Below are positions 30,846-41,050 of a DNA stretch of 64,000 nucleotides, one piece after another. Source of the DNA: Synechococcus sp. Lineage in GTDB: Bacteria; Cyanobacteriota; Cyanobacteriia; Thermostichales; PCC-7336. Numbering within the stretch: the first letter of the stretch is position 1; every line of letters begins with the position of its first letter. Location of the stretch: the NCBI GenBank assembly GCA_051439425.1, contig JBFRWD010000094.1:1-64000 (forward strand). Reading direction: 5' to 3'. Made by a program: the position numbers and the translations under genes. A model generated the notes under the pieces. It was not told the origin of the DNA. It did not search any database and worked only from the letters and a program-made list of their open reading frames with translations.

Positions 30846-32774
30846 ATGGATATTGCTCTCACACTACTAGTAGTTGCCTTTGCCCTCGTGGGGTTTGTGG
30901 TGGAATGGGTGCCGGTGGATATTACTGCCGTTGCCACGATGGTGGCACTCATTGTTCTGAAGCAGGTGTCCCCAGAAGAAGGGATTTCGGGCTTTAGCAA
31001 TTCCGCCACCATCACCGTGATGGCCATGTTTATTTTGAGTGCCGGTATTGCCCGAACCGGTGCCATCCGCTCGCTCACCCGCTTACTGACCCACTGGGGC
31101 GGGCGTCGTGCTCCTCGACAAATTTTTACGATGGGGATTTTGGTGGGGCCTATTTCGGCTCTGATCAACAATTCGGCAGTGGTGCCGATGTTTGTCCCCA
31201 TCATTGAAGGGTGGTCGAGTCGGCTCAAGATTTCGGTGTCTAAATTGCTGATTCCGCTGTCGTATGCATCGATTTTGGGGGGCACCATCACCACGATCGG
31301 AACGTCTACCAATGTGCTAGCGAGTGGGATTTCCGAGCAACTGGGGTACGAGGAATTTTCCCTATTTTTCTTCACCAAAATGGGGTTAATTACCTTTGGT
31401 GTCGGTATTCTCTATTTGTCTCTGATTGCCCCTCACCTATTGCCCGATCGCCGCTCCCCTCTGGATGACATTGCGAATCTATCGGATGCTGGCGAGCTGT
31501 ATACCTCGGAAGTCTTGCTTCATGAAGGGGCAAGTGAAATTGGCCAACCCATTTGCAAGTGTGGCCTCAAGTCTAAGTTCAACATCGAGATTCTGGAGCT
31601 AGTGCGTAACGGGCGACATCTTACGCAAGTTGCGATCGGCACTCGTTTTCAACCTCCGGCCCGGCAGAGAGTGAACTTAGCCCAGACTGTTGATGATGGG
31701 CGTGGTGGCGTGAGGACGTTGACTCAGCAACGGGTGGCTCAGCAGGAGGTATTGGCGACTCAGAATGCTCTCGATCACAAAGTGCTGCAGGAGAACGACA
31801 TCTTAATCGTGCGGGGGACGCTGGAGCAGCTCCTGCAGCTGCAAGAGGAGCAAGGGCTGGACCTGTTGCCCCACACCAAGTTTGGTCAGGAAGGACCGGC
31901 CATGCCTTCCAGCACGGAAGCAGAGCGGGTGGCCGAGGTATTGGTGCTGGATAACACGTCCTTTATCGGTTCTACACTGAAGGATTTGAATTTCCGAGAA
32001 CGATATAACTCGACGGTGTTGGCTCTGCGGCGCGGGCAAGACAAGCTCTCCGAACGTATCGATCGCGTCAAGCTCCGAATTGGAGATGTGTTGTTGGTAC
32101 GCGCCACCCCTTCCCATCTAGCCAGTCTGCAGCTAGAGAACAACCTAATCGTGCTGCAGGAAATGGATGTTACCGAGCCTCGCTCCGAAAAAGCATTGAT
32201 TGCTATCGGCATTAGTGCGCTAGTGGTTGGCTTGTCAGCCATGAACATCATGCCGATTATGGTCAGTGCACTGTTGGGGGCGGTCCTGATGGTGGTCACG
32301 GGCTGTTTAGAACCGGCCGAGATTTACACAGCGGTGCGGTGGAACATTATCTTCTTGCTGGCAGGGCTCATTCCCCTCGGGATTGCAATGGAGAAGTCTC
32401 ACACGACGCTGTTGATTGCCAAAGGCATGGCGGCGATTTCCAATCACCTGCCGGGTTATTGGATTCTCGTTGTCTTCTATCTGGTTACGGTTCTACTGAC
32501 GGAAGTTCTATCCAACAGCGCATCGGTGGTGCTGATGGTACCCGTCGCGATTCGTGCGGCAGAGACCTTACAGATGAACCCTATGGCATTTATTTTGGTG
32601 GTCACGTTTGCGGCGTCCGCTAGCTTTATGACTCCCATCGGCTATCAAACCAACACAATGGTGTACACAACGGGGGGCTATAAGTTTTTAGACTTTACCC
32701 GTGTTGGCGCTCCGCTCAGTTTGATGCTGTCACTGCTGACGCCGTTCTTAATCGTTCACTTCTACGGTTTGTGA
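30846..32774 (+). CDS. SLC13/DASS family permease with TrkA-C (RCK-C) domains, putative Na+/sulfate symporter
   Basis: SGFSNSATIT, INNSAVV, GGTITTIGTSTN, EVLSNSA, FMTPIGYQTN. Confidence 0.9.
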   Translation: MDIALTLLVVAFALVGFVVEWVPVDITAVATMVALIVLKQVSPEEGISGFSNSATITVMAMFILSAGIARTGAIRSLTRLLTHWGGRRAPRQIFTMGILVGPISALINNSAVVPMFVPIIEGWSSRLKISVSKLLIPLSYASILGGTITTIGTSTNVLASGISEQLGYEEFSLFFFTKMGLITFGVGILYLSLIAPHLLPDRRSPLDDIANLSDAGELYTSEVLLHEGASEIGQPICKCGLKSKFNIEILELVRNGRHLTQVAIGTRFQPPARQRVNLAQTVDDGRGGVRTLTQQRVAQQEVLATQNALDHKVLQENDILIVRGTLEQLLQLQEEQGLDLLPHTKFGQEGPAMPSSTEAERVAEVLVLDNTSFIGSTLKDLNFRERYNSTVLALRRGQDKLSERIDRVKLRIGDVLLVRATPSHLASLQLENNLIVLQEMDVTEPRSEKALIAIGISALVVGLSAMNIMPIMVSALLGAVLMVVTGCLEPAEIYTAVRWNIIFLLAGLIPLGIAMEKSHTTLLIAKGMAAISNHLPGYWILVVFYLVTVLLTEVLSNSASVVLMVPVAIRAAETLQMNPMAFILVVTFAASASFMTPIGYQTNTMVYTTGGYKFLDFTRVGAPLSLMLSLLTPFLIVHFYGL

Positions 32775-32821
32775 TTCGGTGATTCGTCCTTGCTCGCAGG
32801 TGTAACAAGCGTTTAGAGACT

Positions 32822-33271
32822 CTACTGACAGTACTTAGAAATAAATCGGTCGAGCTGATTGGCAAAGGCTTGGCGATCTCGCTGATTCAACGCTGGTGGC
32901 CCTCCAGTATTCACACCAGTACTGCGCAGGTCATCCATAAAGTTTCTCAACGCCAGTCGCTCGCGAATGTTGTTCTTTGTATACAGCTCCCCTCGCGGGT
33001 TAAGGGCGTGACCTCCTTTTTCGATGACATTTGCGGCCAGCGGAATATCGGCAGTAATGACCAAATCACCTGATTCCATCCCTTCCACAATTCGATGGTC
33101 GGCGGCATCTAACCCTGCAGGTACTTGAATGGTGGTGATGAGGGGAGAGGCTGATGGCTGTAAGGGTTGATTGGCCACAAGGGTAATGGGAATGTGTCTG
33201 CGTTTGCTCGCGCGAAACAGAATGTCTTTGATGACGTTGGGGCAAGCATCGGCGTCCACCCAGATTTTCAC
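32822..33271 (-). CDS. YaiI/YqxD (UPF0178) family protein
   Basis: [30 protein letters not shown]. Confidence 0.92.
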   Translation of the reverse strand: MKIWVDADACPNVIKDILFRASKRRHIPITLVANQPLQPSASPLITTIQVPAGLDAADHRIVEGMESGDLVITADIPLAANVIEKGGHALNPRGELYTKNNIRERLALRNFMDDLRSTGVNTGGPPALNQRDRQAFANQLDRFISKYCQ

Positions 33272-33307
33272 GCTGCGCTCTCCGTCTCTGGTCTATGACT
33301 ACCGTTA

Positions 33308-33358
33308 CAAGTATTGCTTCTTAGCAAGTATTGGTGATTAGTAAGTATTGGTGATTAG
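33308..33358. repeat. 17-bp tandem repeat x3 overlapping the fetB stop
   Basis: caagtattgcttcttag / caagtattggtgattag / taagtattggtgattag. Confidence 0.8.
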
Positions 33359-34164
33359 ACAGCGCGAAGGCGAGCCAAACACAGTTGATGGTGGTGGTTG
33401 AGCAGCGAGCGATAGGCCAACAGTGTTATACCCAATGCTCCTAGAGCGGTAGCGGAAGCGATCGCAAACACAATCACAATTTGATAGCGCACGGCGTCAA
33501 TCGGACTGGCTCCGGCCAGAATCTGACCGGTCATCATTCCCGGTAAGCTCACCACTCCCATAACCATCATGCTGTTCATGATCGGGATAGTGGCCGTACG
33601 CAAACTGTCTTGAATTAAGCTGTGGGCGGCTTCCCAGCGGGTCGCTCCCAGAGCTAGTTTGGTTTCAATTTCATCTTGTTGGCTGACGATTCCTTCCATA
33701 AAGCGATCGAGAGCGAGGGAAATACTGTTGAGGGTGTTGCCCAGAAGCATGCCCAGTAGCGGAATGACGTACTGCGGGTCGAACCACGGGTCAACGCGAA
33801 TCACTCCCAGAAGCATGAATCCCGTGACGATTGCAGCAGCTCCCAGTACGGAAATCAGACTATCCCAGTAAATGCGAGGGAAGCGGCGGCGGGTGCGGTT
33901 GACGGCTGAAATCCCGGCCAGCGAGGTCATGATTAGGGCGACGGCCAGGACTGGGTAGGGACTCTCTAACGTGAATATGGTTTCTAGCGCGAAGCCCAGC
34001 AAGAGGAGCTGCAGTGTCATGCGGATAGCGGCCACCAGTAGGTTGCGAGTTAGGCCGAGCTTTAAGCCGATGGATAAGCCCAAGTTTGCCAGGATGGCAA
34101 CGGAGGCGAGGGCTAACTGACCGTAACCGATCTGTAGGTAGGCATCGTCAGGGCTGATAGTCAT
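33355..34164 (-). CDS. fetB: FetB/YbbM family ABC permease
   Basis: R.TLQL...GF, IPLLGMLLGN, LALGAT, GVVSLPGMMTGQILAGASPIDAVRYQI. Confidence 0.9.
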   Translation of the reverse strand: MTISPDDAYLQIGYGQLALASVAILANLGLSIGLKLGLTRNLLVAAIRMTLQLLLLGFALETIFTLESPYPVLAVALIMTSLAGISAVNRTRRRFPRIYWDSLISVLGAAAIVTGFMLLGVIRVDPWFDPQYVIPLLGMLLGNTLNSISLALDRFMEGIVSQQDEIETKLALGATRWEAAHSLIQDSLRTATIPIMNSMMVMGVVSLPGMMTGQILAGASPIDAVRYQIVIVFAIASATALGALGITLLAYRSLLNHHHQLCLARLRAV

Positions 34165-34262
34165 GCGGATTGCTCTAGTAGAGGGGGCTTACTGAAGACT
34201 TCTTTTAGGCTGACTGCAACGTGTTTGAGGTGCTTGGAGCGATCGGAGTCAGCTTGACAACA

Positions 34263-34907
34263 CTAAAGCTCAATAGTGAGGGTAGTAACTCGTTCTAGTT
34301 GGGCGGGATTGTGGCTGGTCCACAGGCAGGCTCGATTGGAATCTTCGTTCATCCACGCTGCAATCGCCGTCTCCAGAATGAGGGCAGTGTCCTTATCGAG
34401 AGACGCCGTTGGCTCGTCCAGCAGCAGCATGGCAGGTTGAAGAATTAATGCTCGGACAAAGGCAACGATTTGGCGCTCTCCACCGGATAAGTATTGTGTC
34501 TGTTTGGTGAGAAATTCGGGGTGACGCTTCAAGTCATTTAAATGGCTGAGAACTCGATTGGGGTCGAACGTCTTGTGACGGTGCACTTGGTAGCTGAATG
34601 GCTCTCGGATGGCTTGCTCCACAGTGGTTTCGGGTAAGGATGGTCGTTGGGGTAGGTACATCACTTGAGCGCGATAGTCAGGGATGTTCAGTTCTGAAAT
34701 ATTGCGATCGCGCCAGAATAATTGCCCCTGCTGCAATGGCTCTAATGCCGCTAGGGTACGCAGCAACACTGTTTTCCCCGAGCCCGATGGGCCTGTTAAT
34801 GCAATGCGATCGCCCGCCTGGATCGAAAAGCTGAGATTGCTCCACAATTGCCGAGATTCAATCCGATACGACAGTTGCTTGACGTCCAATAGTCGTCGGG
34901 ATGGCAT
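34263..34907 (-). CDS. fetA: FetA/YbbL family ABC ATP-binding protein
   Basis: GPSGSGKT, LSGGERQ, LLLDEPTASLD. Lies upstream of fetB. Confidence 0.85.
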   Translation of the reverse strand: MPSRRLLDVKQLSYRIESRQLWSNLSFSIQAGDRIALTGPSGSGKTVLLRTLAALEPLQQGQLFWRDRNISELNIPDYRAQVMYLPQRPSLPETTVEQAIREPFSYQVHRHKTFDPNRVLSHLNDLKRHPEFLTKQTQYLSGGERQIVAFVRALILQPAMLLLDEPTASLDKDTALILETAIAAWMNEDSNRACLWTSHNPAQLERVTTLTIEL

Positions 34908-34993
34908 ACGCGTTCCTCTCCCTGCGCAACCCATTATGTGGGTGGTTTGCCGTCAAGACTCGTGCCCTCCTAGCAATCTGCGGGGATGATGGC

Positions 34994-36136
34994 ATGGGAA
35001 CTGTTTCCGTGCGTGCAGTCGGTGGTTTTAATCGCTTGAAGCTGGGTTTGTCACTGGTATTCGCTGTATGGGCAGTGAGCTTAGCTGTTGCTGGAGTTGA
35101 TGGGCTCGAACGATCGAACGAGCAATCCCAGGCGAGTCTGCAGCAGGTAGAGATTCCGATTGCCATTCGTCGCTTAGAGAACAACACAAAAGCTCTGGCA
35201 GTACCAGTCACTGTCGGAGGACAGTCTCTAGACTTGCATCTGGATACTGGCTCGACAGGAGTACGCGTGTTGGCAGATGAGATCTCCCCAGAGTTTGTTC
35301 AACGGACAGGGGAGCGCACCCAAGCGACGTTTTTTGACGGCACGGTGTTTGAAGGGGAAATCGCGATCGCCCCTATCTCAATCGGCCCAATTCCTACTAC
35401 AGAGCCCATTGCAATCCACTTGGTCGATACCGTGCGTTGCCCGGAAGAGAATCCCGAGTGTTTTGCCCCCTATCAACAGGCAGGTATGTCGGGGGTGTTG
35501 GGCCTTTCTATGGGGGCGAGAACGGGGGGCAGTGCATTAGAGATCTACAGTCCAATCTCTCGGTTACCGGACAATTTTCAGTCTGGGTATATCGTCAGGA
35601 CGCGCGGTTTTTACTCAGTAGACGGCCGTCTGACACTAGGGTTGGTTCCCGAATCTCTGGTGGGATTTCAGACAATGAGCCTGCCTCCTCGACATACTGA
35701 ACCCACTACGTTTCCGGATGGTTCGATTGTTTGGCAAGATGATGCACTGAGTCTCAACCACAGCTTGAAAGGGGATGGTATTCCTCCTGAGTTTCAAGAC
35801 CTAACCGGCCGAACCTTATTTGATAGCGGAGCGGCCCATGTGGTGTTGGGGGTCGATCGCGAATCATCGTTTGCGGCTCGATTATGGCCTGGAGCTGTTC
35901 TCACCAGTCGTTTGGAGGACAGGTTGAGCTGGCAGTTGCAGGCGGGAAATACCCCCAGCTTGAGTCAGGTGTTTGTGCGGGGGGTGGAGCGATCGCCGCA
36001 ACACATCTTGGGACTGCCGTTCTTTTTCAACTACGAAGTGGCTTTCAACCGTAGGGATGGAGCCATTGGATTCAAACCGATTGGCACCACACCACCATCT
36101 GCAATCCCTCATCCTCAAAGCCTGGGGCTTAACTAA
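34994..36136 (+). CDS. secreted pepsin-like aspartic protease
   Basis: Signal/TM segment, two catalytic motifs (LDTGS, FDSGA), GVLG, and ILGLPFF...F.....IGF. Confidence 0.75.
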   Translation: MGTVSVRAVGGFNRLKLGLSLVFAVWAVSLAVAGVDGLERSNEQSQASLQQVEIPIAIRRLENNTKALAVPVTVGGQSLDLHLDTGSTGVRVLADEISPEFVQRTGERTQATFFDGTVFEGEIAIAPISIGPIPTTEPIAIHLVDTVRCPEENPECFAPYQQAGMSGVLGLSMGARTGGSALEIYSPISRLPDNFQSGYIVRTRGFYSVDGRLTLGLVPESLVGFQTMSLPPRHTEPTTFPDGSIVWQDDALSLNHSLKGDGIPPEFQDLTGRTLFDSGAAHVVLGVDRESSFAARLWPGAVLTSRLEDRLSWQLQAGNTPSLSQVFVRGVERSPQHILGLPFFFNYEVAFNRRDGAIGFKPIGTTPPSAIPHPQSLGLN

Positions 36137-37030
36137 ATGTCTGCTTCAATTCCTTACGGTTTCTCGCTCCAATATGCTCAAACATCTTTAGGCAGGATGG
36201 CGTATTTCACGAATGAGCGTTGCTCTCCAAATGCCGACAATGAACGGCCCACTCTGTTGTTTTTGCATGGGTTTGGAGGAGGGGCGTCGTCTTACGAATG
36301 GTCGAAAGTGTATCCCGCATTTGCCAGTACCTATCGGGTGGTTGCCCCCGACTTGCTGGGCTGGGGACAGTCCGAGCATCCGCAGCGGTCTTATGCCGTG
36401 GAGGATTACTTGCTGACGTTGCGGGAATTCATTCAGAGGATTGGAGCGCAGCCTGTTATCGCGATCGCCTCCACTCTTTCTGCTGCGTTCGTCGTTCGAA
36501 TCGCTACTCAACATCCAGACTGGTTTGCATCGTTATTTCTGGTGTGTCCGTCTGGGTTTCAAGATTTTGGGGTGCCTGCCGGTCGCCGCATACCGTTGCC
36601 CATCATCAATACTCCGGGGCTCGATCGCGCCATTTACGCAATAGGAGCCACTAATGATATTGCCGTGACGCTATTTTTAGAGCGGTTTGTGTTTGCCGAT
36701 CGCGATCGAATCTCTCCAGAAATCATCAATGCCTATCTGGCCTCTGCCCAGCAACCGAATGCAGAATATGCGGCCTTATCCTTCTTGCGTGGAGACTTGA
36801 ATTTTGATTTGGCGGAATACGTACCAAAGTTGGAGGTGCCGGCGGCGATCGCTTGGGGACAAAAATCCCAGTTCATCTCTCCCGAGTTAGGCCAGAGACT
36901 AGCGGCCCAGAACCCCAGCTATATTCGCCAGTTTGATATCGTTCTTGACGCCGGAATTTTCCCTCATTTAGAGTTACCTGCAGCTGTCATTAGCATTATT
37001 CTTAGCTGCTTAGAACGCGCTAGTGAGTAG
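36137..37030 (+). CDS. alpha/beta fold hydrolase (non-canonical nucleophile elbow)
   Basis: HGFGGGASSYEWSKV, APDLLGWG.S, elbow ASTLS, FPHLE. Confidence 0.85.
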   Translation: MSASIPYGFSLQYAQTSLGRMAYFTNERCSPNADNERPTLLFLHGFGGGASSYEWSKVYPAFASTYRVVAPDLLGWGQSEHPQRSYAVEDYLLTLREFIQRIGAQPVIAIASTLSAAFVVRIATQHPDWFASLFLVCPSGFQDFGVPAGRRIPLPIINTPGLDRAIYAIGATNDIAVTLFLERFVFADRDRISPEIINAYLASAQQPNAEYAALSFLRGDLNFDLAEYVPKLEVPAAIAWGQKSQFISPELGQRLAAQNPSYIRQFDIVLDAGIFPHLELPAAVISIILSCLERASE

Positions 37031-37150
37031 CCCGTTCTCGCAAGCAAATCATCAATTCTGAAGACAAATTATGTAGAAGTTGAACGCATTCGAGACCACT
37101 TCCACTACCTATGCTAAAGTTGTCGCGACCCAGCTATTGCTTTACACCAT

Positions 37151-40100
37151 ATGTATGTTAAACAGCTGGAGCTGACGCGATTTAAATCCTTCGGAAGCAC
37201 CGTCACCATTCCACTCTTGGAAGGGTTTACTGTCGTGTCTGGCCCCAATGGGTCCGGGAAATCGAACATTATTGACGGCATCCTCTTCGCACTGGGTCTG
37301 GCCTCCTCCCGAGGATTGCGAGCAGAACGCCTCCCCGATCTCGTCCATTCCGGAAGCCTCACCAACGGTCGTCGCAAAACAGAAACACTGGTATCCGTTG
37401 TCTTTGCCATCCCCCATCCCGATGGGGACCCTGTTGACTGGAAAGTAACTCGCCGCCTGCGGGTCGACACCAAAGCCGAAACCTACAACAGCACCTATTA
37501 CATCAACGATGTCCCCTGCACTTTGACCGAATTGCACGAGCAACTGGCAGAGATGCACATCTACCCCGATGGCTACAACGTCGTCTTGCAGGGGGATGTC
37601 ACCGGCATCATTTCTATGAACCATCGTGAGCGGCGGCAGATCATTGACGAGCTGGCCGGTGTGGCAAACTTCGATCGCAAAATCGACCAGGCCAAAAACA
37701 AACTCGAAGCCTGCCGCGAGCAAGAAGAACGCTCCGGCCTAGTCATGCGCGAGCTAGAAGAACAAAGCGAGCGCTTGGTTAAAGAATGTGAGAAAGCCGA
37801 GAAATACAGTCAACTACGCAAGCAGTTAGAAGAATACGAGCTGTGGCGTGAGGAACTGACCCGGCGACACGTGCGCACCCAGATCCATCAGGCCCAGCTA
37901 GAAATCGATGCCGCCAAAAAAGAGGAAGTTGAGGCTGGGGAAAAACTCACCGAAATTACTCAGACGATCGCCGCTGACGAAGCCGTTTTAGGAACCCTCA
38001 ATAAAGAAGTCCGGCAGCTAGGTGAAGCAGAATATCTAGAGCTACAAAGCCAACTTGCTCAAGCCAAAGCTCAACGCCAGCAACACAGCGATCGCATCGA
38101 CACCTGGACTCAAGATCGCGAATCTGCCGCCAATGGCATTCAGCAAGCGGAAGACCAGATTCGCCAACTACAACAGGCCGATACCGACTTAGACACTCAA
38201 CGTAAAACCCTTGAAGGCAAGCGGCCCGAACTGGAGGCTAACCAAAAGGTCAAACAAGAAGCTCTGGAAAACGCCCGCGAACAGATGCAGGCGATCGCGC
38301 AATCTTCCGATGCTTGGGCCAAGCAGCACAAATACATCACCGAACAACTGAACCAAAACCGCCAGCTAGCCGAACCGCTAGAACAAAGCCGCATTCGCCT
38401 GACCGAGCGCATCCAACAGATGGAGCGTCTGAAAGCAGACGGGCAAACCGAACTGCAACAACTGAAAACTTGGCTTGACGAACGGGCTGAAATCGGTCGC
38501 GACCTGAAAGCCAAGAGCGAAACCGCCGAGACCGAAGCCCAAGAGTTGGGACAAGAGCTCGCTTCACTGCAAGCCGAGCTAGAAACCAATCGGGCCACCG
38601 GCGATCGCTTGCGGATGGAGTGGCAAGAGCAACAGCGCAAGCTCGATAAACTGGAAACCCGCCAGCAGGTGTTGCAAGAAACGCGCGGCACGCGAGCGGT
38701 CAAAACCATCTTGGACCACGGTCTGAATGGCGTCTGCGGCCTTGTGGCACAGCTCGGTCAAGTGGCCCCCGACTTTCAGCTGGCACTGGAGATTGCCGCC
38801 GGTAGCCGACTCAATAACATCGTGGTCGAAAACGACAACGTGGCAGCTCGTGCCATTTCCATCCTGAAGCAGCAACGAGCCGGACGAGCTACATTCCTGC
38901 CCCTTAACAAAATTCGCGAAGCCCGCCCGCTGCCCATGCGTCGCTGGCCGGGGGCCGTAGACTACGCTCTTAACCTAGTTGAATTCGACGATCGCTTCCG
39001 AGACGTGTTCGCCTACGTCTTTGGCCATACCATTGTGTTCGAATCTCTGGATAAGGCCCGTAGCTTTATCGGTCAGCAGCGCATCGTCACCCTCGATGGT
39101 GAATTGCTAGAAACCTCCGGTGCCATGACCGGTGGTACCCACAAGCAGCGACAGAGCCTCCACTTTGGAGCGACGGAGTCGAACGAAATTACCGAAGTTC
39201 GTCGCCGCTACGAAGACCTGACCGGCTTGCTGGAGGCGATTGCCCCCCGCATCAAGAATCAGCAAGAGCGAGTCAAAAGTCTCACCCAAGAGTTCAACGC
39301 CGCGCGCGATATTGCCCGCCACGCCAACACAGAATACGAACGCCACCACGCCGCCGTCCAATCCCGCCAAGAGCGTTACGAGCTGTTGTGCAATGCCGCG
39401 AAACAGCAAGTAGCAGTCGATGAATGTCGTCAGGAACTCGATCGCTGCACGGCTGAACTGGTGCCCCTCACGGATCGCATTCGCGATTTGACGGAGAAGC
39501 TGGCGCAACTGGAGGAATCCTCTCTCAGTCAGCGCTGGCAGGAGATGCAGTCTTTGGTTCAGCAAGCCGAGCAAGATGTAGAAGCCAGTTCGAAGGCCCT
39601 GCGAGAGTTAGAGCGGCAACAGCAAGAGATTCAGTCTCAAAAGCAGCTCAGTGGTGAAAAAGTTCGCCAGCAAGAAACCCGCATTCAAGAGTTTCAGCAG
39701 CGGTCTGCCGATTGCCTGCGTCAGTGCGAGGAGATGGCCGAGCAGATTAAAACGGTCGATGCCGAAATTGCTCAATTGGATGCCCGCATTGAGGTGCTGT
39801 CCAAGCGCTTGAAGGAAACTAAAGATAAGCGCGACCAGCAGGAACAGCAGGTGCGATCTCGCCAGCAACAGGCTCAGCGGCTGGAATGGGAAAAGCACGC
39901 CGCTGCCACCAAACAACAGGAAAAAGAGGAGCTGCGCCAACACCTCCAGACCCAGCTAGAAGAACTCATCGCCGATAACGATCTGCCCGAGCAAGAAGTA
40001 CCCGAAGACCTGACCCTGGAGAACTTGCAAGGACGCATCAAGCGCACGGAATCGAAGCTGCGGGCGTTAGAACCGGTCAACATGCTGGCCATTGATGAAT

Positions 40101-40684
40101 ACAAAGCCACCCAACAGCGCTTGGAAGACCTGCAGCAAAAACTGGAAACCCTCAACGAAGAGCGTACAGAGCTGCTGCTGCGCATCGAAAACTTCACCAC
40201 CCTGCGCACCCAAGCGTTCATGGAGTCATTTACCGCCGTGGACGCCCATTTCCGCGAAATCTTCGCCCAGCTCTCCGATGGTGACGGTCACCTGCAGCTC
40301 GAAAACCCCGAAGACCCGCTCTCCGGTGGACTTACGCTGATTGCCCACCCCAAAGGCAAGCCCGTCCGTCGCCTCAACTCTATGTCTGGAGGGGAAAAAT
40401 CTCTAACCGCCCTCAGCTTTATCTTCGCCCTACAGCGGTTCCGTCCTTCATCCTTCTATGCCCTAGACGAGGTGGATGCATTCTTGGACGGGGGAAATGT
40501 TGAAAAATTGGCCGAAATGCTGCGCAAAAACTCCGAACAAGCGCAGTTTGTCGTGGTTAGCCACCGCCGCCCGATGATTGAACGCTCCGAACGCATCATC
40601 GGTGTCACACAAGCACGAGGAGCCTATACCCAGGTCGTCGGGGTGAAAAACTCCACCCAACAAGCAGAATTGGTAGCTCGCTAA
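37151..40684 (+). CDS. smc: chromosome segregation protein SMC
   Basis: GPNGSGKSN, coiled coils, hinge GRATFLPL, MSGGEKS, LDEVDA. Confidence 0.97.
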   Translation: MYVKQLELTRFKSFGSTVTIPLLEGFTVVSGPNGSGKSNIIDGILFALGLASSRGLRAERLPDLVHSGSLTNGRRKTETLVSVVFAIPHPDGDPVDWKVTRRLRVDTKAETYNSTYYINDVPCTLTELHEQLAEMHIYPDGYNVVLQGDVTGIISMNHRERRQIIDELAGVANFDRKIDQAKNKLEACREQEERSGLVMRELEEQSERLVKECEKAEKYSQLRKQLEEYELWREELTRRHVRTQIHQAQLEIDAAKKEEVEAGEKLTEITQTIAADEAVLGTLNKEVRQLGEAEYLELQSQLAQAKAQRQQHSDRIDTWTQDRESAANGIQQAEDQIRQLQQADTDLDTQRKTLEGKRPELEANQKVKQEALENAREQMQAIAQSSDAWAKQHKYITEQLNQNRQLAEPLEQSRIRLTERIQQMERLKADGQTELQQLKTWLDERAEIGRDLKAKSETAETEAQELGQELASLQAELETNRATGDRLRMEWQEQQRKLDKLETRQQVLQETRGTRAVKTILDHGLNGVCGLVAQLGQVAPDFQLALEIAAGSRLNNIVVENDNVAARAISILKQQRAGRATFLPLNKIREARPLPMRRWPGAVDYALNLVEFDDRFRDVFAYVFGHTIVFESLDKARSFIGQQRIVTLDGELLETSGAMTGGTHKQRQSLHFGATESNEITEVRRRYEDLTGLLEAIAPRIKNQQERVKSLTQEFNAARDIARHANTEYERHHAAVQSRQERYELLCNAAKQQVAVDECRQELDRCTAELVPLTDRIRDLTEKLAQLEESSLSQRWQEMQSLVQQAEQDVEASSKALRELERQQQEIQSQKQLSGEKVRQQETRIQEFQQRSADCLRQCEEMAEQIKTVDAEIAQLDARIEVLSKRLKETKDKRDQQEQQVRSRQQQAQRLEWEKHAAATKQQEKEELRQHLQTQLEELIADNDLPEQEVPEDLTLENLQGRIKRTESKLRALEPVNMLAIDEYKATQQRLEDLQQKLETLNEERTELLLRIENFTTLRTQAFMESFTAVDAHFREIFAQLSDGDGHLQLENPEDPLSGGLTLIAHPKGKPVRRLNSMSGGEKSLTALSFIFALQRFRPSSFYALDEVDAFLDGGNVEKLAEMLRKNSEQAQFVVVSHRRPMIERSERIIGVTQARGAYTQVVGVKNSTQQAELVAR

Positions 40685-40821
40685 AACCGGTGGAACACCA
40701 TTCAGTTCGGAGCCCTACTCCACCGTAGTTCGCACTCTGTTGTCATCTTGCATTGGTTCCGGATGCGCGAGAATTCAGGTATGCGAGTGGAGCCGTATCG
40801 TCGAGAACTAGTCCTCTGTAT

Positions 40822-40941
40822 TTACTCTTCTTCGGAGAAGCTGCCGCCGTTCCATACCCACAGGATGCCGTAGCCCACGGCGATACCGGCAACGGTCAAT
40901 GCAAATGCCAAACCTGCAATAGAAAAAATCTCGCCAGCCAT
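40822..40941 (-). CDS. petM: cytochrome b6f complex subunit VII PetM
   Basis: Translated by hand: [39 protein letters not shown] (39 aa, one TM helix, MxGEIF start). Absent from the ORF track. Confidence 0.8.
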   Translation of the reverse strand: MAGEIFSIAGLAFALTVAGIAVGYGILWVWNGGSFSEEE

Positions 40942-41050
40942 TTATGTATATGTCCTTGTAAAACAGTCAATCCGTAATCAGCATATAGGGTTTTCTGCCG
41001 CTTTCCGCATCGAAAACCCTGGCTGCTATTGGGGATAGGAGGCCGGTAAG

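Noticed and set aside
33308..33358. 17-bp direct repeats as a possible mini-CRISPR
   Set aside because: The repeats are contiguous, have no spacers and are too short, and no cas genes are present.
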